Origin: Cupriavidus necator
GTDB lineage: Bacteria > Pseudomonadota > Gammaproteobacteria > Burkholderiales > Burkholderiaceae
Reading direction: 5' to 3'
DNA length: 32,000 bases
Assembly (NCBI RefSeq): GCF_016127575.1
Contig: NZ_CP066018.1
Span: 2,520,001 to 2,552,000, forward strand
Below the pieces are notes generated by a model that was not told where the DNA came from, did not search any database, and saw only the letters and a list, made by a program, of their open reading frames with translations. Shown piece by piece: positions 1 through 8,352 of this stretch (its first letter is position 1; each line of letters opens with the position of its first letter). Made by a program: the position numbers and the translations under genes.

Positions 1-2
1 GC

Positions 3-431
3 ATGGAAGTGATCTACCTGGAATCGATCCGCAACGATGCGGGCGTGATGCTGGGGCTGGGCGTGGGCTCGCGGCTGTCGCTGGTGTCCAGTTCGATGGG
101 GCGGGCATACCTGGCCGCGCTGCCGGCGGCGCGGCGCGAGCGGGTCATGGCTGAGTTCAGCCAGGCTTTTCCGGAGCAGTGGAAGCAGCAGGAGACGGCC
201 ACGCGCGCGGCCCTGGCCGAGGCGCAGCAGCGCGGCTATGCGGCGTCGTTCCGCGACTGGCATCCAGCCATCCATGCGTGTGCGGTGGCGTTCCGGCCGG
301 TGGGGGAGAAGGAGCTGCACATGCTGAGTTGCAGTGCCTCCTATGGGGCGGTGGATGAGTCGGTGTTCCACCAGACGCTGGCGCCGGCGTTGCGGGCGCT
401 GGCGGCAAGGTTGTCGGACCCGGCGGGGTGA
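3..431 (+). CDS. IclR-family transcriptional regulator, C-terminal effector-binding domain (5'-truncated by the window edge)
   Basis: The ORF is open at the left edge. Blocks such as GSRLSLVSSSMGRAYLAAL and YAASFRDWHPAIHACAVAF fit the IclR ligand-binding domain. The HTH part would lie upstream of the window. Confidence 0.75.
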   Translation: MEVIYLESIRNDAGVMLGLGVGSRLSLVSSSMGRAYLAALPAARRERVMAEFSQAFPEQWKQQETATRAALAEAQQRGYAASFRDWHPAIHACAVAFRPVGEKELHMLSCSASYGAVDESVFHQTLAPALRALAARLSDPAG

Positions 432-456
432 CGGCCAGGTCCGACGCGCGCAGGCG

Positions 457-1341
457 TTACAGGTCCGTGCGCAGCTTCCACAGTTCCGGGAACAGCACCA
501 CGTCCAGCATCTTGCGCAGGTAGCTGACGCCCTCGGTGCCGCCGGTGCCGCGCTTGAAGCCGATCACGCGTTCGACCGTGGTCACATGGCGGAAGCGCCA
601 CTGGCGGAACGAATCCTCCAGGTCCACGAACTTCTCGCCGAGCTCGTACAGTTCCCAGTGCGCCGACGGATTGCGATAGACCTCCAGCCACGCCGCCTCG
701 ACCGAGGCGTTGTACGCAGTCGGCTGGGTCCAGTCGCGCTCCACGCAATCCGCATCGACCGCAAAACCACGCCGCGCCATCAGCCGGATCGCCTCGTCAT
801 AAAGCGACGGCGTCTTCAGCGCGGTCTCCACCAAGGCCAGGTGCTCCGGCCGGTGCGCATGCGGTTTCAGCATGGCCGCGTTCTTGTTGCCGAGAATGAA
901 CTCGATCTCGCGATACTGGAACGACTGGAAGCCCGACGACATCCCCAGGTAAGGCCGCATCGCGGAATACTCCGGCGGCGTCATCGTCGCCAGCACGTTC
1001 CACGCCTGCACCAGCTGGTCCATGATGCGCGACACCCGCGTCAGCATCTTGAACGCCGGCGGCAGGCTGTCGGCCTTGACCGACTCGCGCGCGGCGCGCA
1101 GCTCGTGCAGCATCAGCTTCATCCACAGCTCGGTGGTCTGGTGCTGCACGATAAACAGCATCTCGTTGTGGTCCGGCGACAGCGGATGCTGCGCGCTCAG
1201 GATCTGGTCCAGGCCGAGATAGTCGCCATAGCTCATGTCCTTGGCGAAGTCCATCTGCGCGCCGTGCCAGCCCTCGCCCTGTGCTTTCGTGCCTGCCTCG
1301 CTGGCAGCGCCGGAGAAGGGGCATCCCTTGAATTCACTCAT
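457..1341 (-). CDS. kynA: Tryptophan 2,3-dioxygenase
   Basis: 294-aa ORF. The ATG at 1341 has a GGGAG SD 6 nt upstream. [37 protein letters not shown] and [14 protein letters not shown] are typical bacterial TDO blocks. It is the last gene of a kynB-kynU-kynA string. Confidence 0.95.
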   Translation of the reverse strand: MSEFKGCPFSGAASEAGTKAQGEGWHGAQMDFAKDMSYGDYLGLDQILSAQHPLSPDHNEMLFIVQHQTTELWMKLMLHELRAARESVKADSLPPAFKMLTRVSRIMDQLVQAWNVLATMTPPEYSAMRPYLGMSSGFQSFQYREIEFILGNKNAAMLKPHAHRPEHLALVETALKTPSLYDEAIRLMARRGFAVDADCVERDWTQPTAYNASVEAAWLEVYRNPSAHWELYELGEKFVDLEDSFRQWRFRHVTTVERVIGFKRGTGGTEGVSYLRKMLDVVLFPELWKLRTDL

Positions 1342-1354
1342 GATGCGCTCCCGA

Positions 1355-2611
1355 TCAGGTCACCTGGCCGCGCGTCTGGAAGCGCGCGTCGCGATAGGCG
1401 CCGCTGTCCAGCACGTCGCGCAGGATTTCCACAGCATCCCACACCTCGGCGAAGCTGGTGTACAGCGGCGTGAAGCCGAAGCGGGCGATGCGCGGCTCGC
1501 GGTAATCGCCGATCACGCCGCGCTCGATCAGGGCCTGCACCAGCGCATAGCCGTCCGGGTGCTCCAGGCTGACCTGGCTGCCGCGGCGCGCGTGCTCGCG
1601 CGGCGTGACCAGCGTCAGCGGGTGGTGGCCGCAGCGCGCCTCCACCAGTTCGATGAACAGGTCGGTCAGCAGCAGTGACTTGGCGCGCAGCACCTGCATA
1701 TTGGTCTGGGCGAAGATGTCCAGGCCGCATTCGACCATCGCCAGCGAGGTCACAGGCTGCGTGCCGCACAGGAAGCGGCGCACGCCTTCCACCGGGCGAT
1801 ACTGCGGATCCATCGCGAACGGCGCGGCATGGCCCCACCAACCCGACAGCGGCTGCCAGAAGGCATCGCGCAGCGCCGGCGCGACCCACACGAAGGCGGG
1901 CGAACCCGGGCCGCCGTTCAGGTACTTGTAGGTGCAGCCGATGGCGTAGTCGGCCCCGGCCGCCTTCAGGTTGACCGGCACCGCGCCGGCGGAGTGGCAC
2001 AGGTCCCACACCGTGAGCGCGCCGCGGGCGTGGGCGAGTTCGGTCAGCGAGGCCATGTCCAGCATCTCGCCGGTCTTGTAGTTGACGTGCGTGAGCATCA
2101 GCACGGCGGTGTCGGCGCCGACGGCGGCGTCGATCTCGGCCGGCGAATTGACCAGGCGCAGCGAATAGCCCTGCTGCAGCAGGTCGGCCAGGCCTTGCGC
2201 GATGTACAGGTCGGTGGGGAAGTTGCTGGCCTCCGACACGATCACCTTGCGCGCCGGGTCGCGCGTCTGCTGCACGCGCAGCGCCGCGGCCAGCACCTTG
2301 AACAGGTTGATCGAAGTGGTATCGGTCACCACCACCTCATCCTGGCCGGCGCCGACCAGCGGGGCCAGCTTGTTGCCCAGCCGCTGCGGCAGCTCGAACC
2401 AGCCGGCGGTGTTCCAGCTGCGGATCAGGCCCTCGCCCCATTCCTCGGCCACCACCTGGGCGGCGCGAGCGGCGGCGGCGCGCGGGCGCGCGCCCAGCGA
2501 GTTGCCGTCGAGGTAGGTCACGCCCTCGGGCAGAGCGAACTGGTCGCGCAGCGGGCGCAGCGGGTCTTGCTGGTCGAGCCGGATACAGTGCTCGCGGTCA
2601 AATGTCGTCAT
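1355..2611 (-). CDS. kynU: Kynureninase (PLP-dependent)
   Basis: 418 aa, ATG verified. N-terminal [23 protein letters not shown] and the [20 protein letters not shown] region match kynureninase. There is a 13-bp gap to kynA. Confidence 0.95.
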   Translation of the reverse strand: MTTFDREHCIRLDQQDPLRPLRDQFALPEGVTYLDGNSLGARPRAAAARAAQVVAEEWGEGLIRSWNTAGWFELPQRLGNKLAPLVGAGQDEVVVTDTTSINLFKVLAAALRVQQTRDPARKVIVSEASNFPTDLYIAQGLADLLQQGYSLRLVNSPAEIDAAVGADTAVLMLTHVNYKTGEMLDMASLTELAHARGALTVWDLCHSAGAVPVNLKAAGADYAIGCTYKYLNGGPGSPAFVWVAPALRDAFWQPLSGWWGHAAPFAMDPQYRPVEGVRRFLCGTQPVTSLAMVECGLDIFAQTNMQVLRAKSLLLTDLFIELVEARCGHHPLTLVTPREHARRGSQVSLEHPDGYALVQALIERGVIGDYREPRIARFGFTPLYTSFAEVWDAVEILRDVLDSGAYRDARFQTRGQVT

Positions 2612-2646
2612 GTCGTGGGATTGGCCAGGGGTTGTTCGGGAATGGT

Positions 2647-3297
2647 TCAGTCGAGGCTGCGCAGCACCGCGCGCACCGGGCTGGCGTCGAGCCCGGCAAA
2701 GCGCAGCGGCAGCGCGATCAGTTCGTAGTCGCCGGCATCGACCTCATCCAGCACGATGCCTTCCAGGATGGCGAGCCCGTGCCTGCGCACGGCGTTGTGC
2801 GCGTCCATGGTCTTGGATTCCTGCGGGTCCAGCGACGGTGTGTCGATGCCCACCAGCTGCACGCCGTGCGCGGCCAGCAGCGCGATGGTCTCGGCCGCGA
2901 CTGCGCAGAAGTGCGGGTCCCACTGCGCCAGCGGCGCCTGCCGGTAGGTGCGCAGCAGCACGCGCGGCGGCAGGCCGGCCAGCGCGTGTTCGATATGGCG
3001 CGGCTCGACCACCGGCGAGGCGCCGATGCAATGGATCACGCGGCAGGTGCCGAGGTAGGGCGTGAGCGGCACGGCGCCGATCGGCGCGCCGTCGGCGGCG
3101 TAGTGCAGCGGTGCATCGGCGTGCGCGCCAGTGTGCGGCGACAGCGTGATGCGGCCGACATTCACCGGGCAGTGCTCGTCCATCTGCCAGGCCGGCTGCT
3201 GCTGGAACGGCGTGTCGCCGGGCCAGACCGGGGTGGCGGGGGAGAGCGGCGGGCTGATGTCCCACAGCCGGCGCGGGTCTTGATTGGGGGCGGTCAT
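2647..3297 (-). CDS. kynB: Kynurenine formamidase (arylformamidase, cyclase family)
   Basis: 216 aa, ATG verified. [20 protein letters not shown] and the metal-binding block [11 protein letters not shown] are typical of KynB/cyclase-family enzymes. It is the first gene of the kyn operon. Confidence 0.9.
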   Translation of the reverse strand: MTAPNQDPRRLWDISPPLSPATPVWPGDTPFQQQPAWQMDEHCPVNVGRITLSPHTGAHADAPLHYAADGAPIGAVPLTPYLGTCRVIHCIGASPVVEPRHIEHALAGLPPRVLLRTYRQAPLAQWDPHFCAVAAETIALLAAHGVQLVGIDTPSLDPQESKTMDAHNAVRRHGLAILEGIVLDEVDAGDYELIALPLRFAGLDASPVRAVLRSLD

Positions 3298-3409
3298 AAG
3301 GGTGCGCGGCGCCTTTGCAAGGCGCCGTCGTTGTCTGCCTCGATGACGGAAATCATAGTCAAAATTGCCGGCAAGAGGCTTGCTAAATGGACCGTCGATG
3401 CGGTCATCT

Positions 3410-3426
3410 TTCGCATAAAATGCGAA
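3410..3426. promoter_or_regulatory. 17-nt palindrome TTCGCAT-AAA-ATGCGAA in the AT-rich kynB/kynR divergent region (candidate regulator site)
   Basis: Perfect 7-3-7 inverted repeat read directly from the sequence, 30 nt upstream of the kynR ATG. It sits in the only AT-rich stretch of this locus. Confidence 0.3.
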
Positions 3427-3455
3427 GAATTGATGATTAGTCGAAGGAAATTCGA

Positions 3456-3938
3456 ATGAACCTCGATCCCACCGACCTGCGCATCCTGACCTGCCTGCAG
3501 GAGAACGGCCGCATCAGCAACCAGGACCTGGCCGACCGCGTGGCGCTGTCGCCTTCGGCATGCCTGCGGCGGGTGCGCCTGCTGGAAGAGTCAGGGGTGA
3601 TCGGCGGCTACCGCGCCTGGTTCGACGCCGAGCAGCTCGGGCTGGAGCTTGAGGCGATCGTGCAGGTCTCGATGCGCCATGATGTGGAAGGCTGGCACGA
3701 CACCTTTATCGCCGCGGTTCAGTCGTGGCCGGAAGTGCTGTCCGCGTACATCATCACCGGCGACAGCAACTACATCCTGCGGGTGCAGGCGCGCAACCTG
3801 AAGCACTACTCGGACTTCATCGTGAACCGGCTGTACCGCACCAAGGGCGTGATGGATATCCGCTCGAACATCGTGTTGCAGCGCATCAAGGTGGACAGTT
3901 CGCCGCTGGCGATCCTGAAGGCGGCGGAGGGCGCCTAG
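3456..3938 (+). CDS. kynR: Lrp/AsnC-family transcriptional regulator, divergent from kynBUA (KynR-like by context)
   Basis: 160 aa. The ATG has an AAGGA SD. N-terminal [50 protein letters not shown] is followed by an AsnC/RAM-type C-terminal domain. The symbol is assigned from position next to the kyn genes only. Confidence 0.8.
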   Translation: MNLDPTDLRILTCLQENGRISNQDLADRVALSPSACLRRVRLLEESGVIGGYRAWFDAEQLGLELEAIVQVSMRHDVEGWHDTFIAAVQSWPEVLSAYIITGDSNYILRVQARNLKHYSDFIVNRLYRTKGVMDIRSNIVLQRIKVDSSPLAILKAAEGA

Positions 3939-4390
3939 CGTTGCGTATGCAGCGCAATCAGCTGCCGCAGGGCTTCTTTCAGCAGCGCGCCCTGGCGCGG
4001 GCCAAAGTCGTCCAGCACTGCGCGCTCGTGCTGGGCGGCGCGTGCCAGCAGCGGCTGGGCCAGCGCGAGGCCGCGCGGGGTGATCGAGATCAGCGCCTGG
4101 CGGCGGTCGGCCTGGCCGGCGCGGCGCGTCACCAGCCCGTCGGCGGCCATGCGGTCGACCAGCTTGGTCAGCGTCGGCTGCTTGGTCAGTGTGATTTCGG
4201 CGAGCGTGCCGATGGTGCAGTCGGGGCGGTCGGCCAGCGTGGCCAGCACGCGCCATTCCTGCACGGACAGGCCGCTGGCCTCCACTTCGCGGTGGAATTC
4301 GCCCGAGATCAGGTGGCTGGCGCGGGCCAGCAGGTAGGCCAGGTAGCCATCGACAAAGGGCAGGGGGGATTGCGCGGGCAGGTCCGCCAT
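3935..4390 (-). CDS. MarR-family transcriptional regulator
   Basis: 151 aa, ATG verified. The winged-helix core LSVQEWRVLATLADRPDCTIGTLAEITLTKQPTLTKLVDRMAADGLVTRRAGQADRRQALISITPRG is classical MarR. It lies 17 bp downstream of the flavin reductase on the same strand. Confidence 0.85.
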   Translation of the reverse strand: MADLPAQSPLPFVDGYLAYLLARASHLISGEFHREVEASGLSVQEWRVLATLADRPDCTIGTLAEITLTKQPTLTKLVDRMAADGLVTRRAGQADRRQALISITPRGLALAQPLLARAAQHERAVLDDFGPRQGALLKEALRQLIALHTQR

Positions 4391-4407
4391 GATGGGCCCG
4401 GTGCCGT

Positions 4408-4986
4408 TCAGAGGTCGAGGGGGGCGGTGGTGGTGAACTGGCCGCCCTGGAATACCAGCGGGCCGTCGCCGCCATCGAGCACGCCGCAGCGCTCGACTTC
4501 ACCCACGAAGATGATGTGGTCGCCCTCGTCGTAGCGGCTGCGGTTGTGGCATTCGAACCAGGCCAGCGCATTGGACAGGATCGGCAGGCCGGTGGCCGAG
4601 AGCCGGTAGTCGACGCCGGCGAAACGGTCGCCCTTGAGGGTGGCGAAGCGCTGGCACAGCTCCAGCTGCGAGGCCGACAGCACGTTGATGATGTAGTGGG
4701 TGCCGTCGCGGAACATCGGCAGGCTGTTGGCGCGCGTGGCCATGCTCCACAGCACCAGCGGCGGATCCAGCGACACCGAATTGAACGAACTGGCGGTGAT
4801 GCCGATGAACGGCGGCGCGCCGGCGGCGACCGACGCGGCGCTGGCGCGCGTAGTGATCACCGTCACCCCGGTTGCGAACTGCGACAGGGTGCGGCGGAAG
4901 TGCTGCGCATCGAAATCTGGTGCGGCGGCGCTGGTGATCTGTGGCTGGGCCTCAGGCATGCCCATGGGGGCTCCGCTGGAGTTCAT
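4408..4986 (-). CDS. Flavin reductase domain protein (NAD(P)H:flavin oxidoreductase, HpaC/Flavin_Reduct family)
   Basis: FRRTLSQFATGVTVITT, GITASSFNSVSLDPPLVLWS and GDHIIFVGEV match the FMN-binding split-barrel reductase family. The start is ambiguous. The ATG at 4986 has no SD, whereas the in-frame ATG at 4965 has GGAG 5 nt upstream. Confidence 0.85.
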   Translation of the reverse strand: MNSSGAPMGMPEAQPQITSAAAPDFDAQHFRRTLSQFATGVTVITTRASAASVAAGAPPFIGITASSFNSVSLDPPLVLWSMATRANSLPMFRDGTHYIINVLSASQLELCQRFATLKGDRFAGVDYRLSATGLPILSNALAWFECHNRSRYDEGDHIIFVGEVERCGVLDGGDGPLVFQGGQFTTTAPLDL

Positions 4987-4996
4987 GAAATTTCAT
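4985..4996. promoter_or_regulatory. 12-bp perfect palindrome ATGAAATTTCAT followed by an ATATATATT tract (candidate MarR operator / promoter element)
   Basis: Read directly from the sequence. It sits in a local AT-rich island at the divergent junction between the reductase-marR unit and the nicX-like operon. Confidence 0.3.
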
Positions 4997-5121
4997 ATAT
5001 ATTATTCGCGCCATGGGCATCGAGTACAAGCCCGGCGACCACCAATCCGCGATGCGGGCGTTGGCTGGCGCACAAAACCAGGCGAGCCCTGCCGCCATAC
5101 AAGAACAACCGGAGACAAGTC

Positions 5122-6192
5122 ATGCTCATCGAGCAGATCGAACACCGCTGGCTGGCGGCGTTCCGGCGCACGCTGGAACTCTGTGCCCTGCAGGGTGCGG
5201 AAGTCGTTGGAATTGTAACGGAGTCGCAATCCCGCCCTGTCAACGTGGCCTTGGCCGAACTGGCCGTGCAGTCGCTGGGCGCCACCCCGGTGCGGATCCA
5301 GGTGCCGACACCGGCACTTGGCGCGCCCGCGCCGGTGCGCTCCACCGGCGCCAGCGATGCCTTGCAGGGCCTCGCGCCGGTGGTGGCGGCCTTGTCGCGC
5401 TGTCACCTGGTGCTGGACTGCACGGTGGAAGGCCTGCTGCACGCGCCGGAACTGCCGCTGATCCTGCGCGGTGCCGACGGCATCGTGCCGCGCATGCTGA
5501 TGGTCAGCAACGAACATCCCGAGATCCTGGAACGCTGCCAGCCCGACCCGGCGCTGGAAGGCACCGTGCGCGCCGCCATGAAGCGCCTGCGCGGCGCGCG
5601 CGAGATGCGCGTGCATTCGCCGGCCGGCACCGAGCTGCGCATCGGCCTGGCCGACGCCCGCGTGGGCGGGGTCTGGGGCTTCTGCAACAAGCCCGGCCAG
5701 GTATCGCACTGGCCCGGCGGGCTGTGCCTGGCGTTTCCGGCCAGCCGCCAGGTCAACGGCACGCTGGTGCTGGCGCCGGGCGACGTCAACCTGACCTTCA
5801 AGACCTACCTGCGCGATACCGTGGTCTGCCATATCGAGGACGACTACATCGTCGGCGTCGAGGGGCAGGGCGTCGACGCCGACATGATGCGCGGCTACTA
5901 CCAGGCCTGGGCCGATCGCGAAGGCACGCGCGATGCGTATGCGGTCTCGCACGTGGGCTGGGGCCTGAACCGGCTGGCGCGCTGGGACGCGATGACTTTC
6001 TACGACAAGCGCGACTGCAACGGCACCGAGCTGCGCGCGTTTGCCGGCAACTTCCTGTTCTCGACCGGCGCCAACGAGGTCGCCGGGCGGCATACGCTGG
6101 GCCATTTCGACCTGCCGCTGCGCAACTGCACGGTGTCGCTGGATGGCCGCAACGAGGTGGAAGCGGGCACGCTGGTGGAGGTGGCGGCATGA
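5122..6192 (+). CDS. NicX-like Fe(II) ring-cleavage dioxygenase (2,5-dihydroxypyridine 5,6-dioxygenase family, aminopeptidase-T-like fold)
   Basis: The internal ATG at 5122 has a GGAGA SD 6 nt upstream. The upstream part of the 558-aa track ORF is antisense to the reductase gene. The C-terminal blocks VSHVGWGLN, RAFAGNFLFSTGAN and GHFDLPLRNC closely resemble my recollection of P. putida NicX, including an H...H-x-D metal triad. Confidence 0.8.
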   Translation: MLIEQIEHRWLAAFRRTLELCALQGAEVVGIVTESQSRPVNVALAELAVQSLGATPVRIQVPTPALGAPAPVRSTGASDALQGLAPVVAALSRCHLVLDCTVEGLLHAPELPLILRGADGIVPRMLMVSNEHPEILERCQPDPALEGTVRAAMKRLRGAREMRVHSPAGTELRIGLADARVGGVWGFCNKPGQVSHWPGGLCLAFPASRQVNGTLVLAPGDVNLTFKTYLRDTVVCHIEDDYIVGVEGQGVDADMMRGYYQAWADREGTRDAYAVSHVGWGLNRLARWDAMTFYDKRDCNGTELRAFAGNFLFSTGANEVAGRHTLGHFDLPLRNCTVSLDGRNEVEAGTLVEVAA

Positions 6193-7010
6193 GCGCGACC
6201 GCGACGATGCAACGCCACGCCAACGGCATCGCCACGCTGGCCTGGGGCGATGGCCCGGTGGCGGTGGTGATGCTGCACGGCATCGGCGGCGGCAAGGCCG
6301 CCTGGCCCGCGCAGGGCGAGGCGCTGGCGCAGGCCGGCTACCGCGCCGCGGCCTGGGACATGCCCGGCTACGGCGACAGCGCCCTGATCGATCCCTATGA
6401 CTTCGACGGGCTGGCGCAAGCGCTGGCGCCGCTGCTGCAGGCCGAGCGCGACGCCGGCCGGCGCGTGGTGCTGCTGGGCCACAGCATGGGCGGCATGGTG
6501 GCGCAGCAGGCCTGCGCGGCCGCGCCCGCGCTGATCGACGGCATGGTGCTGTCCGGCACCTCGCCCGCCTTTGGCAAGGGCGACGGGCCCTGGCAGCGCG
6601 ACTTCATCGCCGCGCGCACCGCGCCGCTGGACGCCGGCAGGACCATGGCCGAGATGGCCGCCGGGCTGGTGCGCACCATGGTCGCGCCCGATGCCGAGCC
6701 ACAAGCCGTGGCCTTTGCCACGGCGGTGATGGCGGCGGTGCCGGCGCCAACCTACCGCGCGGCGCTGGGCGCGCTGGTGCGCTTCAACCAGCGCGACGCG
6801 CTGCCGCGCATCGCGGTGCCGGTGCTGGCGCTGGCCGGGCAGCACGACACCAATGCCGCGCCCGAGGTGATGGAGCGCATGGCGCAGCGCATTCCCGGCG
6901 CCGAATACCGCTGCCTGCCGGATGTCGGCCACCTGGCCTGTATGGAGCGGCCCGCGCTGTTCAACGAAGCGGTGCTGGATTTCCTGCAGCGGCGCTTCCC
7001 CGTGCACTGA
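6189..7010 (+). CDS. Alpha/beta-fold hydrolase (NicD-like deformylase, thioesterase or esterase candidate)
   Basis: 273 aa. The ATG at 6189 overlaps the upstream stop as ATGA. It has an HGIGGG oxyanion-type motif, a GHSMGG nucleophile elbow and a C-terminal GHLACMERP histidine motif. Confidence 0.85.
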   Translation: MSATATMQRHANGIATLAWGDGPVAVVMLHGIGGGKAAWPAQGEALAQAGYRAAAWDMPGYGDSALIDPYDFDGLAQALAPLLQAERDAGRRVVLLGHSMGGMVAQQACAAAPALIDGMVLSGTSPAFGKGDGPWQRDFIAARTAPLDAGRTMAEMAAGLVRTMVAPDAEPQAVAFATAVMAAVPAPTYRAALGALVRFNQRDALPRIAVPVLALAGQHDTNAAPEVMERMAQRIPGAEYRCLPDVGHLACMERPALFNEAVLDFLQRRFPVH

Positions 7011-7098
7011 ACCACGCCGCTTCCCGGCAACGCAACACAAGAACCGCCGCAGCGCCGCCACCGCATCCGGCGCGAGCAGGAAAACAGGAGACCGCGAC

Positions 7099-8352
7099 AT
7101 GCCATCCGGACAGCTCGACTTCATTCCCGCCATCGGTACGGCGGACTTTACCCCGCAACAAGCGCGCCTGCTGGCGCTGGCCAACCGCCTCGGCCGCGAG
7201 CGCTTCGCCGCGCGCGCAGCCACCTGGGACCGCGAGGCCAGCTTCCCCTTCGCCAACTATGCCGACCTGCGCGAGGCCGGCCTGCTGGCCCTGTGCGTGC
7301 CGCAGGCGTTCGGCGGCGAGGGCGCGGACTTTGCCACCTACTGCATGGTCGGCGCCGAGATCGGCCGCTTCTGCGGGGCCACGGCGCTGACGTACAACAT
7401 GCATATCTGCTCGACCATGTGGACCGGCGTGCTGTCCGACGGCATCGACATGACGCCTGAGCAGCGCGCCGAGCACGAAGCCCGGCGCGAGCTGCATTTC
7501 TCGCGCGTGGTGCGCGATGGCGCGGTCTATGCGCAGCCGTTCTCCGAAGGCTCCGCCGCTGCCGCGGGCAAGGCGCCGTTCGGCACCACCGCGCGCAAGG
7601 TCGAGGGCGGCTGGGTGCTGAACGGGCGCAAGATCTTCGCCTCGCTGTCGGGCGCGGCCGACTACTACGGCATCCTGTGCACCGAGGACCGCGGCGACCA
7701 GCATCCCGACATGCGCGACACGCTCTATATCGCCGTGCCCGGCAAGGCGGAAGGGCTGACCGTGACCGGTGAGTGGGACCCGATGGGCATGCGCGGGACG
7801 GTATCGCGCACGCTGCTGCTCAAGGACGTGTTCGTGCCCGACCATGAGCAGCTGATGCCGCGCGGCGTCTACTACCGTGCCGCGCAGACCTGGCCGGCAA
7901 TGTTCTTCACGCTGTCGCCGACCTACCTGGGCGTAGCCCAGGCTGCCTACGATTTCACCGTGCAGTACCTGCGCGGCGAGGTGCCGGGCCAGCCGCCGGT
8001 CAAGCGCCGCATGTACCCGACCAAGCAGATCGCGGTGGCGCAGATGCGCATCCAGCTGGAAACCATGCGCTCGATCTTCTGGCGCGTGATCCATGAGGCC
8101 AGGCCCAATCCGACCAAGGACGAGCGCCTGCGCCTGTACGCCGCGCACTACACCGTGATGGAAGGCGCCAACGACATCGCCCGGCTGGCGATCCGCACCT
8201 GCGGCGGCCAGTCGATGCTCAAGGACCTGCCGCTTGAGCGGCTCTACCGCGACTCGCGCTGCGGTGCGCTGATGCTGCCCTGGACCGCCGAGCTGATCCT
8301 GGACCGCATGGGGCGCGAGACCCTGTACGAATCCGGCGAGCGCGACGAATGA
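7099..8352 (+). CDS. Acyl-CoA dehydrogenase-fold flavoprotein (possibly the oxygenase component of a two-component monooxygenase)
   Basis: 417 aa. The ATG at 7099 has an AGGAG SD. ACAD-type blocks include ASFPFANYADLREAGLLALCVPQAFGGEG, GEWDPMGMRGTVSRTLLLKDVFVP and CGGQSMLKDLPLERLYRDSR. Confidence 0.85.
   Translation: MPSGQLDFIPAIGTADFTPQQARLLALANRLGRERFAARAATWDREASFPFANYADLREAGLLALCVPQAFGGEGADFATYCMVGAEIGRFCGATALTYNMHICSTMWTGVLSDGIDMTPEQRAEHEARRELHFSRVVRDGAVYAQPFSEGSAAAAGKAPFGTTARKVEGGWVLNGRKIFASLSGAADYYGILCTEDRGDQHPDMRDTLYIAVPGKAEGLTVTGEWDPMGMRGTVSRTLLLKDVFVPDHEQLMPRGVYYRAAQTWPAMFFTLSPTYLGVAQAAYDFTVQYLRGEVPGQPPVKRRMYPTKQIAVAQMRIQLETMRSIFWRVIHEARPNPTKDERLRLYAAHYTVMEGANDIARLAIRTCGGQSMLKDLPLERLYRDSRCGALMLPWTAELILDRMGRETLYESGERDE

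Noticed and set aside
334-1473. 379-aa plus-strand ORF covering the kynA region
   Set aside because: It is antisense to a confidently identified tryptophan 2,3-dioxygenase. The translation is Arg/His/Leu/Gln-rich with no recognisable domain. This is a typical high-GC shadow ORF.
4516-5121. 5' part of the 558-aa ORF preceding the NicX-like gene
   Set aside because: This part is antisense to the flavin reductase gene and has junk-like composition. NicX-like similarity starts at MLIEQ (ATG 5122), which has its own SD.
5013-6188. 5' part of the 665-aa ORF that ends as the alpha/beta hydrolase
   Set aside because: It is out of frame with, and overlaps, the NicX-like CDS, and is Arg/Gly/Pro/Ala-rich. 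The hydrolase fold begins at the ATG at 6189, which is coupled (ATGA) to the upstream stop.
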